Positions 24,487 to 37,600 of a DNA stretch of 64,000 nt are shown here, piece by piece. The stretch comes from Mobula hypostoma (taxonomy: Eukaryota): assembly GCF_963921235.1 (NCBI RefSeq), contig NC_086098.1, positions 8,742,001 through 8,806,000 of the forward strand. The letters run 5' to 3'. The translations under genes were made by a program, and so were the position numbers. A model generated the notes under the pieces. It made no database searches and had not been told where the DNA came from. It worked only from the letters and a program-made list of their open reading frames with translations. The stretch's first letter is position 1; every line of letters begins with the position of its first letter.

Positions 24487-24790
24487 GATAGAACGTAGAA
24501 TAGTACAGCACAGTTACAGGCCCTTTGGCCCACAATGTTGTGCTGACCCTCCTCCCATATAATCCCCCCACCTTAAATTCCTCCATATACCTGTCTAGTA
24601 GTCTCTTAAATTTCACTAGTGTATCTGCCTCCACCACTGACTCAGGCAGTGCATTCCATGCACCAACCACTCTCTGAGTAAAAAATCTTCCTCTAATATC
24701 TCCCTTGACCTTCCCACCCCTTACCTTAAAGCCATGTCCTCTTGTATTGAGCAGTGGTGCCCTGGGGAAGAGGCACTGGCTGTCCACTCT
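24487..24790 (-). mobile_element. CR1 3' fragment nested in the Rex element
   Basis: ORF 24455-24817 TRGHGFKVRGG...RFFTQRVVGAWNALP...FKRLLD. Confidence 0.8.
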
Positions 24791-25224
24791 GTGTGGTACA
24801 AAAGCCTTAAAGCACACACTCAGCGATTCAGGAAGAGCTTCTTCCCCTCTGCCATCCGATTCCTAAATGGACACTGAATCTTTGTCACAACCTCACTTTT
24901 TTTTAATATACAGAATTTCCTTTTTTGCACGATTTTAAAATATGTGTTCAATATATGTAATTGATTTACTTGTTTATTATTATTTTTATTTTATTTATTT
25001 TCTTTCTGTCTACTAGATTATGTATTGTATTGAACTGCTGCTGCTGCTAAGTTAACAAATTTCACGTCACGTGATAATAAACCTAATTCTGATTCTGATC
25101 ATTTTTCGTTCATCCAAATTTGTTCTTCTCCCTATGTAATTAGAATCAGGTTTAATATCTCTCATATGTCATGAAATTTGTTGTTTTGCAGCAGCAGTAC
25201 AGTGCAATACATAATTTAAAACAC

Positions 25225-26400
25225 TCAGACAAAGGAGCAGAAGTTGGCCATTTGGCCCGTCAAGTCTGCTTCTCCATTTTATCATGAGCTGATCCATTCT
25301 CCCATTTAGTCCCACTGCCCCGCCTTCTCACCATAATCTTTGATGCTCTGGCGACTCAGATACCTATCAATCTCTGCCTTAAATACACCCAATGACCTGG
25401 CCTCCACTGTCGCCCGTGGCAACAAATTCCACAGATTCACCACCCTCTGGCTAAAAAAATTTCTTCGCATCTCTGTTTTGAATGGGCGCCTTCAGTCCTT
25501 AAGTCATGCCCTCTCATACTAGAATCCCCCACCATGGGAAACAACTTTGCCACATCCACTCTGTCCATGCCTTTCAACATTAGAAATGTTTCTATGAGGT
25601 CCCCCCTCATTCTTTTAAACTCCAAGGAGTACAGTCCAAGAGTGGTCAAACGTTCCTCATATGTTAACCTTCTCATTCCCAGAATCATTCTAGCGAACCT
25701 TCTCTGAACCCTCTCAAACGTCAGCACATCCTTTCTTAAATAAGGAGACCAAAACTGCACACAGTACTCCAAGTGAGGTCTCACCAGCGCTTTATAGAGC
25801 CTCAACATCACATCCCTGCTCCTATATGCTATTCCTCTAGAAATAAATGTCAACATTGCATTCGCCTTCTTCACCACCAACTCAACCTGGAGGTTAACCC
25901 TAAGGATATCCTGCACAAGGACTTCCAAGTCCCGTTGCATCTCAGAACTTTGAATTCGCTCCCCATTTAATAATAGTCTGCCCGTTTATTTCTTCTACCA
26001 AAGTGCATAACCATACACTTTCCAGCATTGTATTTCATTTGCCACTTCTTTTCCCATTCTCCCAATCTATCCAAGTCTCTCTGCAGACTCTCTGTTTCCT
26101 CAGCACTACCGACCTCTCCACCTATCTTTGTATCATCAGCAGATTTAGTCACAAAGCCACCTATTCCATAATCCAAATCGTTGATGTACAATGTAAAAAG
26201 AAGCGGCCCCAACACCGACCTCTGTGGAAAACCACTGGTAACCGGCAGCCAACCAGAATAGGATCCCTTTATTCCCACTCTCTGTTTCCTGCCAATCAGC
26301 CAACGCTCTATCCATGTATGTAACTTTACCATAATTCTGTGGGCTCTTGTTTAGCAGCTTCATGTGTGGCACCTTGTCAAAGGCTTTCTGATAATCCAAA
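25225..26400 (-). mobile_element. CR1 LINE RT/3' portion
   Basis: Minus ORFs with [42 protein letters not shown]. Confidence 0.88.
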
Positions 26401-27680
26401 TAAATATATATATAGAGTAAGTAGTACAAAAAGCGGGCAAAAAAAAATAATGTGGTAATGTACATGGGTTCATTGTCCATTCAGAAATCTGATGGAGGTG
26501 GAGAAGAAGCTGTATCTCATCCTCGATGGTAGCAGTGAGAGGAGGGCATGTCCTGGGTGATGGGTATCCTTAGTGATAGATGCCACCTTTTTGAGGCTTC
26601 AGCTTTTGCAGATGTCCCCAGTGCTGGCGAGGCTAGTGCCCATGATGAAGCTGGCTGAGTTTGCAACTTTCTGCAGCTTTTCCGATCCTGTGCAGTGGCC
26701 CCTCCACCAGATGGTGATACAACCAGTTGGAATGCTCTCCCTAGTACATCTGTAGAAATTTGCAAGTGTCTTTGGTGACATACCAGATCTCCTCAAACTC
26801 CTAATAAAATATAGCCACTGTCCCTTGAAACTGATGAAAAGGTAACGTAGCATGACTACAAGAGTAATTTCCATATAACAACTGCTAGACAAAGTAAAGC
26901 ATCGATTACTAAAGGAAAACCTATACAGAAATTGGTTGAAGTATTGAAGGTCAGATAGAATGAAATGATGTAATGTCATATGTGTTGAAAGAGAGATGGA
27001 AATAATGAGTTAAGTCACATTAGCTGCTGCTGGCAGTTCCGAAGGGAATCGTAAGTGTTGAGCCATTTACACTGAATTAAGTTCTGGCTTTACATATGCC
27101 TACTTTTAATACAAGACTTAACGACCAGTGCTGACTCATGGGGAATAAATGCTTAGATTTGACCCAAGGAGAAAACTACCACAGGATCTGAGACCCCAGT
27201 GGTCTGGATGCAGAGCGATGGGACTAGGGGTGGACTAGATGGGCCATAGGGCCTGTTTGTTTGCTGTAGTGTGCTATGACCCTATGGCTCTAATGATTTG
27301 GAGAATAATTCTCAGTCTGTGAAATGGTGAATTTAAGATTTTTTTTATTATTTTAAGTTCAAGGATTAATGTTATTTTAATTTTTTAATGTTTTAAATAC
27401 TTAGCATAGTTATCTGACCTCTTGATTATTTACAGAGATCAGATATTTAAAGGCTATTCAATTTCTGGGTAATTTAGTCAGGAGCTAAACCTCTGTGTCT
27501 GACAGTACCGCTCTTTCTCGCCCATTTCCACCTTCCACCCAGACAACCAGCTATGCTTTCTGTTGGGACTTGTTAGCATGTTCCCTGGTTCCCACTAAAT
27601 CTCCACTGGGCATGCCCACAGGCTCAGTGAGATTCCACCTCTGCATCCACACCAAGTCGAGATGGTTTCTCTGGGTCATG

Positions 27681-27868
27681 CAACCCACATCAAAGTTGCT
27701 GGTGAACGCAGCAGGCCAGGCAGCATCTCTAGGAAGAGGTGCAATCGACGTTTCAGGCCAAGACCCTTCGTCAGGACTAACCTGGAGATGCTGCCTGGCC
27801 TGCTGCATTCACCAGCAACTTTAATGTTTGTTGCTTGAATTTCCAGCATCTGCAGAATTCCTGTTGTT
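27681..27868. mobile_element. Short Penelope-derived inverted-repeat insertion with 12-14 bp TSD
   Basis: (TT)CTCTGGGTCATG on both sides (27667-27680, 27867-27880). Head-to-head copies of the Penelope terminal sequence. Confidence 0.85.
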
Positions 27869-27984
27869 CTCTGGGTCATGATGTGACTTTGTTTCCCCCA
27901 TTGAATTACTTTTTTAACAACAAAAATATTTAAGTGCATTTACATATATTAGTGCTTCTCATAGCAGAGCATAAATAGATGGGC

Positions 27985-28530
27985 TAATACAAGTAAAATG
28001 CTGGCGGAACTCAGCAGGTCAGGCAGCATCTATGGAAAAGAGTAAACAGTCGACCTTTTGGGCCAAGACCCTTCATCAGAACTGAGAAAAAAGAGGGAAG
28101 ATGCCAGAATAAAAAGGTTGGGGGAGGGGAAAGAGGCTAGTTTCCAGTGAACAAATCTCCCCCCTCCATTCGTCAGTTGCTCACTGACCTTTCACTTCTT
28201 CCTACCTACTTGTTACTTCCCCTTGGGTCTCCTCCCCTTTCCCTTTCTCCTATTGTTCAATCTCTCCTGTCAGATTCTTTCTTCTGCAGCCTTGACCTTT
28301 CACCGCACACCTGAATTCACCTATCACCTTCCAGCTAGTATCCTTCCCCTACCCCTACCTTTTTATCCTGGCATCTTAGCCCTTCCTTCTGAGTCCTGAC
28401 GAAGGGTCTTGGCCCAAAATGTCAACTGTTTATTCATTTCCATAGATGCTGCATGACCTGCTGAGTTTGTCCGGCATTTTGTGTGTGTTGCTCTGGTTTT
28501 CCAAGATTTGCAGAATGTCTCGTGTTTGTG
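27985..28530. mobile_element. Older Penelope 3' region with inverted terminal segments
   Basis: Starts AAATGCTGGCGGAACTCAGCAGG, pyrimidine-rich middle, ends CCTGACGAAGGGTCTTGGCCC...CCTGCTGAGTTTGTCCGGCATTTTGTGTG. Confidence 0.65.
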
Positions 28531-28807
28531 ATTGACAAACAAAACGATTGCCAGTGTCTAAGGTAGGCTTGTAAAATAGCAACAAAGAGAGGTTGCAGCT
28601 TGAGCCCCCACAAGTCACGCATCATGTTGACTTGTAAGTATATCACTGATCATTAACCATTGCTGTTCCTAAAGCTAGGAACTTGTTAAGTGATTCAAGA
28701 AGGCAGCTCACTACTAACTTCTCGGGATCACTTAGAAAAGGCACTAAATGTTGGTCTTCCCAGTGAAGCTCAAATTAAATCTATAGAAGATTCAAAGGAA
28801 CTAATGA

Positions 28808-29075
28808 GTGACATGGTAGCCTAGTGATTAACACAAAGTTTTACAGTATAGGCAATATGGATTCAATACTAGCCACTGCTTGTTTGGAATTTGTACATTC
28901 TCCCCGTGACCATATGGGTTTCCTCCAGGTACAGTTTCTTCCCACAGTGCAAAAATGTACTGGTTGGTAGGTTAATTGGTCATTATAAATTGCCCCGCGG
29001 TTAGGCTGGGGTTTAATTGGGATTGCTGGGCGGTATGGCTGGAAAGGCCTATTCTGCAGTATATCTCATTAAACA
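28808..29075 (+). mobile_element. V-SINE/HE1-like SINE
   Basis: TGACATGGTAGCCTAGTG head, GGATTCAATAC B-box-like, CTCCCCGTGACCATATGGGTTTCCTCCAGG core. Confidence 0.6.
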
Positions 29076-30239
29076 AATATATGGTAGTTCTGTTTTACGT
29101 ATAAATGACATGAATATTTAATCTGTGATTCTGTTGCAATGCTGTACTGGAGCAAAGAGTATTTTCCTCCACCTTAACTATGCTCTTTAATGTTGATTAT
29201 TGAGCTTTTGACTGCCGTGCTTGCTTTTGCGCTAACCACATTATTTGTGTGTGTGTGTATCTTTACTGCACTTGCATGAATTTTGTGTTTATTGTCGTAC
29301 TGTGAATTATGTTCTTTGTGCAAAGATGTGCTTTTATGGATCACAAATTGTTCAGCTGTCTTGAATACTGTAAGAGCATTCCACAGTTATTAAAAGACAA
29401 TTTTTTTCGCTTCTTAACAAATTTTGCAAGGTACGCACAACAAGCAGATGAATGCTTTCAGCACATATGTTTAAAGTTTTTTAATGATAAGGAAATGTTG
29501 AAGAACTTGGTTGTTTGAAACACCTGATTAGACAATTGTGCAATGCTGACTTTAAGGGCACAGAATTATTTTGGATGTGATTGTTTGACTTTATGGTGTT
29601 ATGATTTGATATCTGTCTAGGCAATTTACTTAGAATGCAAATTCTTTATTTCTATGTTTTAAAACTTATTATTGAGTTGACCATGGATTTAAAAAAAAAT
29701 TATTTTCTATAGAATACAATTATAATTATCTTAATACATTCTCTTTGAGAAAGTTATTAATATGTGCACATATCTACAATTTTTCTTTCCAATTTTCCAA
29801 AAAGAAATAATAACTATTGTGTTGAAAGTAATTCACTTAAATATGCTTTGTATTATTCCTTTCAAAATATGCTGCTTTCCTGACTCCCATACAGTGGTAT
29901 GCAGTGTATAATTGAGCAACTTGGAATTATAAAAATAATCTTGAAGAACTGGAAAGTTTAAGCTGTGTAGTAAGAAGTAAGCAAAAATACATTTAATGAT
30001 TTGAATGGCAGTGAAAAATGAGGTCCCTGAAGAATATTTAAGAGACAAGCCCTACAATTGAAAACTGATTTTTAATCCAGTTAGATTAATCATTCTAAAC
30101 TAGTAGGGGTGTAAACAACTGTGAATCATAGAATTATAGAATTGTACAGAATACAATTGTACAGCCTTTTTGTGCAACTCTTCCATAATGCCTATCTATA
30201 CAAATCCTTTTTACCCACAATAGGTCCTTATCTCTCTGC

Positions 30240-31705
30240 TATCACGTGACTGGCAACAATGAATGTAGAATTGAGTCAGGTTTTATAAAAGCCATCAAAC
30301 ATTTATTAAACCACACACATAAAAGTTGCTGGTGAATGCAGCAGGCCAGGCAGCATCTATAGGAAGCGGTACAGTCGACGTTTCGGGCCGAGACCCTTGG
30401 TCAGGACTAACTGAAAGAAGAGCTAGTAAGAGATTTGAGAGGGAGAGGGGGAGGGGAAGATTCAAAATGATAGGAGAAGACAGGAGGGGGAGGGATGGAG
30501 CCAAGAGCTGGACAGGTGATTGGCAAAAGGGATATGTGAGGATCATGGGACAGGAGGCCCAGGGAGAAAGAAAGGGGGAGGGGGGAAGCCCAGAGGATGG
30601 GCAAGGAGTATAGTCAGAGGGACAGAGGGAGAAAAAGAATAAATATATATATATATATAAATAACGGATGGGGTATGAGGGGGAGGAGGGACATTAACGG
30701 AAGTTAGAGAAGTCAATGTTCATGCCATCAGATTGGAGGCTACCCAGACGGAATATAAGGTGTTGTTCCTCCAACCTGAGTGTGGCTTCATCTTGGCAGT
30801 AGAGGAGGCTGTGGATAGACATCTCAGAATGGGAATGGGACATGGAATTAAAATGTGTGGCCACTGGGAGATCCTGCTTTCTCTGGCGGACAGAGCGAAC
30901 ATTTATTAAACTCTGCTCAATATAAAAAAAATAAACAAACGAAAATCTTAACCAGAAGTAAACTGCTATGCGACCATTTAACAAGCCATCACTCGGTACT
31001 AGTTCTTAAAGCGATAAATACGAGAACAATTCTTAAAATGGTAAATTCAAACACAGTTCTTAGAATGGTAATTTCGAAAGTCCAAGAGATTTATACAGTC
31101 AATTAGGAGAGGCTTTCCTGAAGTAAAGAATTCCTCGAAGACATGATGTCACTGCCAATCCCAGCCGGATATTGCCTTGTCCGCAGGATTCACGACGACG
31201 GAAATAAAACGGTTTAAAGGCACTGGCCTTTCTCTCTGGATATTAGATACTGCACAGCCTTCTCTGCTGCTTTTAGCAGAGGCCATCTCGTGCAGATCAC
31301 TCTTTCTTGAACGAATTCAATAATGGTCGATTCTTTCCAAAACCGCTGAACGACTCCTTCAGGCTCCTGTCTTCACTTTCCAATATTACTGAGAAGATAC
31401 ATCAACAAACCTGGCAGCAATTGGTTAAACTGCTGGCCCAACACTTTTGTACCTTACAATAGAACATAAATCTCAGTTTTAAATCAAAACTGTGTCATAA
31501 GATTAATACACAGCAGAGCGGAGTATCTGGCTGACGTTGTAACTGGAAAACCTACTGCGTCACCAGGGGTCTACAGTTATACACCTGGTGAGAACAGGTC
31601 ATCACATGACCTCACATCGGCGGGAAAATTACATCATGTGACCTCCGCAAGACCATTACATCATCCTCATGAGACAATCACAAGATATCCATGAAGTATG
31701 TAACA
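30240..31705 (-). mobile_element. Solo LTR (~866 bp without the nested insert), 4-bp TSD CTGC
   Basis: CTGC at 30236-30239 and 31706-31709. Termini TATCAC (degenerate TG) ... GTAACA. Minus-strand AATAAA near 30302. It splits a minus-strand CR1 3' remnant (30130-32140). Confidence 0.75.
30312..30897 (-). mobile_element. Penelope-like 3' fragment nested in the solo LTR, 14-bp TSD
   Basis: RSVRQRKQDLPVATHFN...LEEQHLIFRLGSLQSDGMNIDFSNF. TSD AACATTTATTAAAC at 30298-30311 and 30898-30911. Confidence 0.92.
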
Positions 31706-33059
31706 CTGCGCCTTTCTGATCTAAGTACTTGTCTAAACACGTTTTTAGCATTGTAATCGTATCTTCCTCTAGCAGCTCACTCTAGATATTTACCACTCTG
31801 TATGGGAAGCTTGCCCCTCTGTTCTTCTCTAAGTTTTTCCCCTCTCACTTTGAGCCATTTCCCTTGAGTTGTACACTTCCCTATCTATCTTGGCAATCAT
31901 TCTGACTGTCTGTCCTATCTGTGCACCTCATAATTTACTAAACCTTTATAAAGTCACCCCTCAGCCTCAGTGGGAATAAAGCAGCCTATATCTATAGTGC
32001 CCACCCCATCTCCAATTCAGGCAACATCCTAGTGAATCTATTCTGTACTCTCCCAATTGCTACCACATTCATCTTGCAATGTGAAATTCAGAACTGTACC
32101 CAATACTCTGGATATGGTCGAAACCATGCTTTGTATGGCTGCAAAATTAAAAAACCAGAAAATTAAAGCAATCATAGGTGCATTAGTACAATAAATTTCA
32201 AAGTGTATTGATTATCAAAGTATGTATACAATATACAACCTTGAGATTCATCTTCTTGCATTCAGCCACAAAACAAAGAAACACAATAGAACCTGTTTAA
32301 AGAAAACCCCCACACAACAAACACCAATCAAACCCCCAATGTGTGGGGGGAGTAAAAGAACAAATCGCACAAACAGTAAAAAGTAAACAAGTAACGAACA
32401 CACGGACCGTTAAATATCAAACCGCAGAGTCTCCAAAAGTGAGTCCACAGCCACGGAGCGGGTCCAGGAGTCCAATGGTTGCAGTGCACAGCTGCCAAAG
32501 TGTCTCAGTCTGTCATGCAGTTAGTAAAGAACAACGCATGGGCCGTGAACTGCAGAGTCCCTGAAATTGAGGCCAGAGCCACAGAGTGCGTTCAGCACTG
32601 AGGTAAGTGGAGCCCATCCTGGAGCCCGATGGCTGCTTCCAAACCTTGCAGCATGGAACCCAAGACATCTGCACCTTCTGCTGATCAAATGCAGGCAGAC
32701 AGCGCTGAACGCCTGTTCATTTTCCACTCTCACCTTCGATTTTAATCCTGATTGACGCTTTAATCAGAGCAAAGTAATGGAGCCGACCGCAGGTTTGCAT
32801 TCCGCCATTAGGAATTGATGACCGTCCCTGTACTCTCTGCTCTCATCTGTGACAGATTCCACAGGAGATCGCAAAAGCGCCAGATCATTTAGTTGGCTCA
32901 AAAATACATCCTTAAAATGGAAATTACAGGCTGCAATTGATTGCAGTTTAGAAGAAGTATATTTAGAAGAATTCTACAGAAGCAAGGATGGCAAATTAAA
33001 GTATGAAGATTAATTGTGATACCTAATGTAGATCATAGCACACCCTCACAACTCTTGAT

Positions 33060-34225
33060 AATTGGCAGTGCCTGTACTTCCTTAGGAGTCTGTAGAGATT
33101 TGGCATGTCATCAAAAACCTTGGCAAACTTCTATAATATGTGGGTGGAGAGTGCGTTGACTGGCTGCATCATGGCCTGGTATGGGAACACCAATGTCTTT
33201 GAACAGAAAATCCTACAAAAGAGAGTGGATTCAGCCCACTACATCACAAGTAAAGCCCTCCCAGCCATTGAGCTCATCTATATGAAATGGTGCATTGGGA
33301 AAGCAGCATCCATCATCAGAGATCCTCACTACCCAAGCCATGCTCTGTTTCTCACTGCTGCCATCAGGTAGAATCAGGTTTAATATCACTGGCCTATGTT
33401 GTGAAATTTATTAACTTTATGGCAGCAGTACAATGAAATACATGATAAACAAATATAGAGAAAGAAGCAGAGTTACATTAAGTATTTATAAATGTCTATT
33501 AAATAGTTAAGTTAAAATAATTAGTACAAAAATAACAAATAAAAAAGTAGTGTTCATGGATTCAATACCTATTTAGGAATCATATGGCAGAGGGGAAGAA
33601 GCTGTTCCTGAATCGCAGAGAGTGTGCCTTCAGCTTTCTGTACCTCCTTCCCAATGGTAACAATAAGAAGAGGGCATGTTCTGGGTGGTGGGGGTCCTTA
33701 ATGATGGATGCCGCCTTACTAAGATAGATACTTTAATGATCCCAAAGGAAATTACAGTGTCACAGTAGCATTACAAGTGCACAGATATAGGAGAGAAGTC
33801 TAACAGGAGGGTGTCGTTACTTCCCCAGCAATTGATTGAATCATTATAGAGCCTAATGGCCGAGGGTAAGAATGACCTCATATAGTGCTCTTTGGTACAG
33901 CACAGTTGTCTTAGTCTATTACTGAAAGTGCTCCTCTGTTCAGCCAAGGTGGCATGCCGAGGGTGAGAAACATTGTCCAGAATTACCAGGATTTTCTGTA
34001 GGGTGCTTTGTTCTACCACAGCCTCCACTGTGCCCAGTTTGACTCTCATAACAGAGCCAGCCCGCCTTTCCAACCGGTGTTGATGCCATTGCCCCAGCAT
34101 ACTGCCACATAGAAGAGTGTACTGGCGACAACAGACTGGTGGAACATGTGAAGGAGACGCCTGCATACTCCAAAGGACCTCAGCCTCCTCAGGAAGTAGA
34201 AGTGACTCTGCAAGGTAGAGGGCTC
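33060..34225. mobile_element. Cluster of Rex/Babar LINE fragments in both orientations
   Basis: ORF 33105-33371 (+) LANFY...ESALTGCIMAWYGN...KAASIIRDPHYP. ORF 33771-34166 (-) ILDNVSHP...STFSNRL...RSFLPSAIRLYN. Confidence 0.75.
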
Positions 34226-34635
34226 AGGCACCACTCCTTGAAGATGTCCAGGATACTATGGAGGCCGGTACACATGATAGAGCTGATTAATTTTACACGA
34301 GTGTCAGGACTCACACCACCAGGTTTAGGATCTGTTACTACCTCTCAACCATCAGACTCTTGCCCATCCATTGAGATGTTCCCACAGTCAATGATCTCAC
34401 TTTAAGGAATCTTCTTTATCTTGTTATTTCACATTTTCTTTGTTTATTTATATTGGCATTTGCACGGTTTGTTGCTGAGTATGCCCGCAGGAAAATGTGC
34501 CTCAGGATTGCATGTGGTGTACTCTGATAGTAAAAATCTACTTTGAACTTTGAACTGTAATTTCTGAAAGCTTCATTTGTACCACCTCTCTTTTTTAGTT
34601 ATAGTTTATAATTAGAATTTGAAAACTATAAAGCG

Positions 34636-35450
34636 CAGATCCACAATCCCTTATCCGAAATCCTTGGGGCCAGTTGCATTTTGGAATTCAGAATTTTTTG
34701 GATTTCAGACCAACCCCCCCCCCCCGCCCCGCCCTCCCCCCCCCCCGATACTAAAAAACGCGAATGCTCAAGTCCCTTATTTAACCTGGCTCAGTGCGGT
34801 GGACTTTAGGACCCAGCAGCGCACCAAACCTACGCACATCCTCCCGTATACTTTAAATCATCTCTAGATTACTTATAATACCTAATACATTGTAAATGCT
34901 ATGTAAATAATTGTTATACTGTATCCTTTGGGGAATAATGACAAATATACAGCTTTAGACGAACTGAATCAAACACATGGTAAATAACTTATTGGAATAA
35001 ATGTAGAACGTCACTGTCACTGTCCCTATAAAACTTAAGTAACTTGTCTTTCTGTTTATTTAAATCATATACAGTGGTAGTTCCGACACTATTTTCTTCA
35101 GTAAGACGCTGCACAGACACACCACGATTAAGCTTCTGCAGTAACTACGCTTTCTGCGTTATTGATAGAGAAGATTCCTTCTCTTTTTCTCATTGTTAAC
35201 CATTGAGGTATCTGCAGCTTTTTGACATTTTGACATTGTGAAATTAAACACAAAGTCAACAGTGAATACAAAATATCAGCAAACAGCAAATACACGTGTA
35301 ACCAGAAGGAGCGCTGAGCCACAACTGATGTCTGGCGGCCTCTGCTAGTGCTGCCACGTCACACCTGAGTGACGTCAGCAGTTGGCGAAAAAACTTTGGT
35401 TTTCGGAGCTTTTTGGATTTCAGAATTTCGGATAAAGGAATGTGCACCTG
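34636..35450. mobile_element. Tigger/pogo-family MITE (Tigger4/MER46-like TIRs) with an internal MER2-like segment
   Basis: Imperfect TIRs CAGATCCACAATCCCTTATCCGAAAT ... ATTTCGGATAAAGGAATGTGCACCTG followed by TA, with subterminal GGATTTC repeats. No transposase ORF. Confidence 0.8.
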
Positions 35451-35704
35451 TATCTAGATAAAAAAAGACATTCAGGAGTTCACCTGCATAGTCAATAGTC
35501 AAATCATTTTAGTTGAACAGAATTAGCATAATGCCCTTCATCATGTGTTTTAGAAAATATATGTATGGGTACGCTGCCCCAGGTACAGGCCAAAAGTATT
35601 AAATTCACAGGATGCATTGAAGGGCCTGACTTATAATGAGATATTGGACATACTCAAGTTTTAGTGAATATGCTCAATACCTTACAAGCATATATAGAGA
35701 GGTA

Positions 35705-37600
35705 GGTCTGCTCTGTGGGCTGAGGTTCTAAATTGGAGAAGGCTAGTTTTGATGGTATTAGAAAGGAACTGGCAAGTGTGGATAGCAACAAGCTGTTTTC
35801 TGGGAAAAGTGTACTTATTAAGTGAGAGGCCTTCAAAAGTGAAATTTTGAGAGTACAATGCTTCTATGTGCCTGTCAGAATGCAATATAAAGATAACAGG
35901 TTTAAGGAACCTTGGTTTCTGAGAAATATAGAGGCCCTGATTAAAGAAGTGAAAGGAGTTGCATAGTAGGTATAGGCAGGTAGGAACAAATGAGGTGACT
36001 ATGGAGTATAAGAAATACAACAGAACACTTAAGAAAGAAATCAGCAGGGCTAAAAGACGGCATGAGGTTGCTCTAGCAGACAAGGTGAAGGAGAATCCTA
36101 AGGGATTCTTCAGATGTATTAAGAGCAAAAAGATTACAAGGGACAAATTTGGTCCATTGGAGGATCAGAATGCTAATCCTCCATGTGTGGAGCCAAGAGA
36201 GATGGGGGGAGATGTTAATTTGATTTTTTTGCATCTATATTTACTCAGGAGATGGACAGAGAGTCTATACAAGTGAGGCAAAGCAGCAGCAAGGTCATGG
36301 ACCCTTATACAGTTTACACAGGAGAAGGGATTTCCTGTCTTGAGGCAAATTAGGGTGCATAATTCCCAGGGTCTGACAAGGTGTTCCCTCGGACCCTGTG
36401 GAAGGCAAGTGCAAAAATTACAGGAGCCCCAGCAGAGATATTTAAATCATCCTTATCAACAGGTGAGGTACCAGAGGATTAGAGGATAGCTAATGTTGTT
36501 CTGCTTTTTATCAGAGCTCTAACAATAAACTATGAATCAATAGGCAAGTGAGCCTAACAGCAGTAGTGGGGAAATTATTGGAAGATGTTCTAAGGAACCA
36601 GATATGTGAGTATTTGGATAGACAAGGATTGGTTAAGGATAGTCAACGTGGCTTTGTGTTCGGTAGATCATGTCTTAATCAAGAAAGTTACCAAGAATGT
36701 TGCTGAAGGCAAGGCAGTGGATATTGTCCTTCATGGACTTTAACAAGGCATTTGACAAGGTCCCACATGGGAGGTTGGTCAGGTAAATTTAGTTACTTGG
36801 CATTCAAGATGAGGTAGTAAACTGGATTTGACATTGGCTTTGTGGAAGAAGGCAGAGAGTGGTAGTAGATGGTTGTCTCTTTGTCTGGAGGCCTGTGACT
36901 AGTGGAGTGCTGCAGGGATCGGTTCTGGGTCCGTTGTTTGTCATCTTGTATACCAGTGATCTGGATAATAATGTGGTTAACTGGATCGGCAAATTTACAG
37001 ATAACGCCAAGATTGGGGGTGTAGTAGACAGCAAGGAAGCCTATCAGAGCTTGCAGACCAGCTAGTGAAATGGGCTTAAAAATGGCAGATGAAATTTAAT
37101 CCAGACGAGTGTGAGGTGTTGCACTTCGGTAGGACCAACTAAGGTAGATCTTACACAGTGAACGGTAGGGCACTGAGGAGTGCGGTAGAACAAAGTGATC
37201 TGGGAATAGAGATCTGTAATTCATTGAAAGTGGCTGCATAGGTGGATCAGGTTGTAAAGAAAGTTTATAGCTGATTGGCCTTCATAAATCAACGTATTCT
37301 ACAGGAGTTAGGATTTTATATTGACATTGTGCAAGACATTGTTGAGGCTCATTTTGAATATTCTGTGCCATTTTGATCATCAACCTACAGAAAAGATGTA
37401 AATAAGTTTGAAAGAGTAAAGAGAAATTTTACAAAGATGTTGCTGGGACCGGAAGACCTGAGTTATAAGGAAAGATTGAATAGATTAGGACTTTATTCCT
37501 TAGGACATAGAAGATTGTGGAGAGATTTGATAGAGGTATACAGTCAAAGAGTATAGATAGGGTAATTGCAAGCTGGCTTTTTCTACTGAGGTTGGCTGGT
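35705..37600 (+). mobile_element. Decayed CR1 LINE ORF2
   Basis: KKEISRAKRRHE...KENPKGFF, VTSGVLQGSVLGPLF, KFTDNAK. Many stops. Confidence 0.85.

Larger units (their letters stand above)
21455..25098 (+). mobile_element. Rex1/Babar LINE (endonuclease + RT), decayed, carrying nested CR1 insertions
   Basis: [61 protein letters not shown] motifs and an (ATTCTG)n tail at ~25085-25098. Confidence 0.9.
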
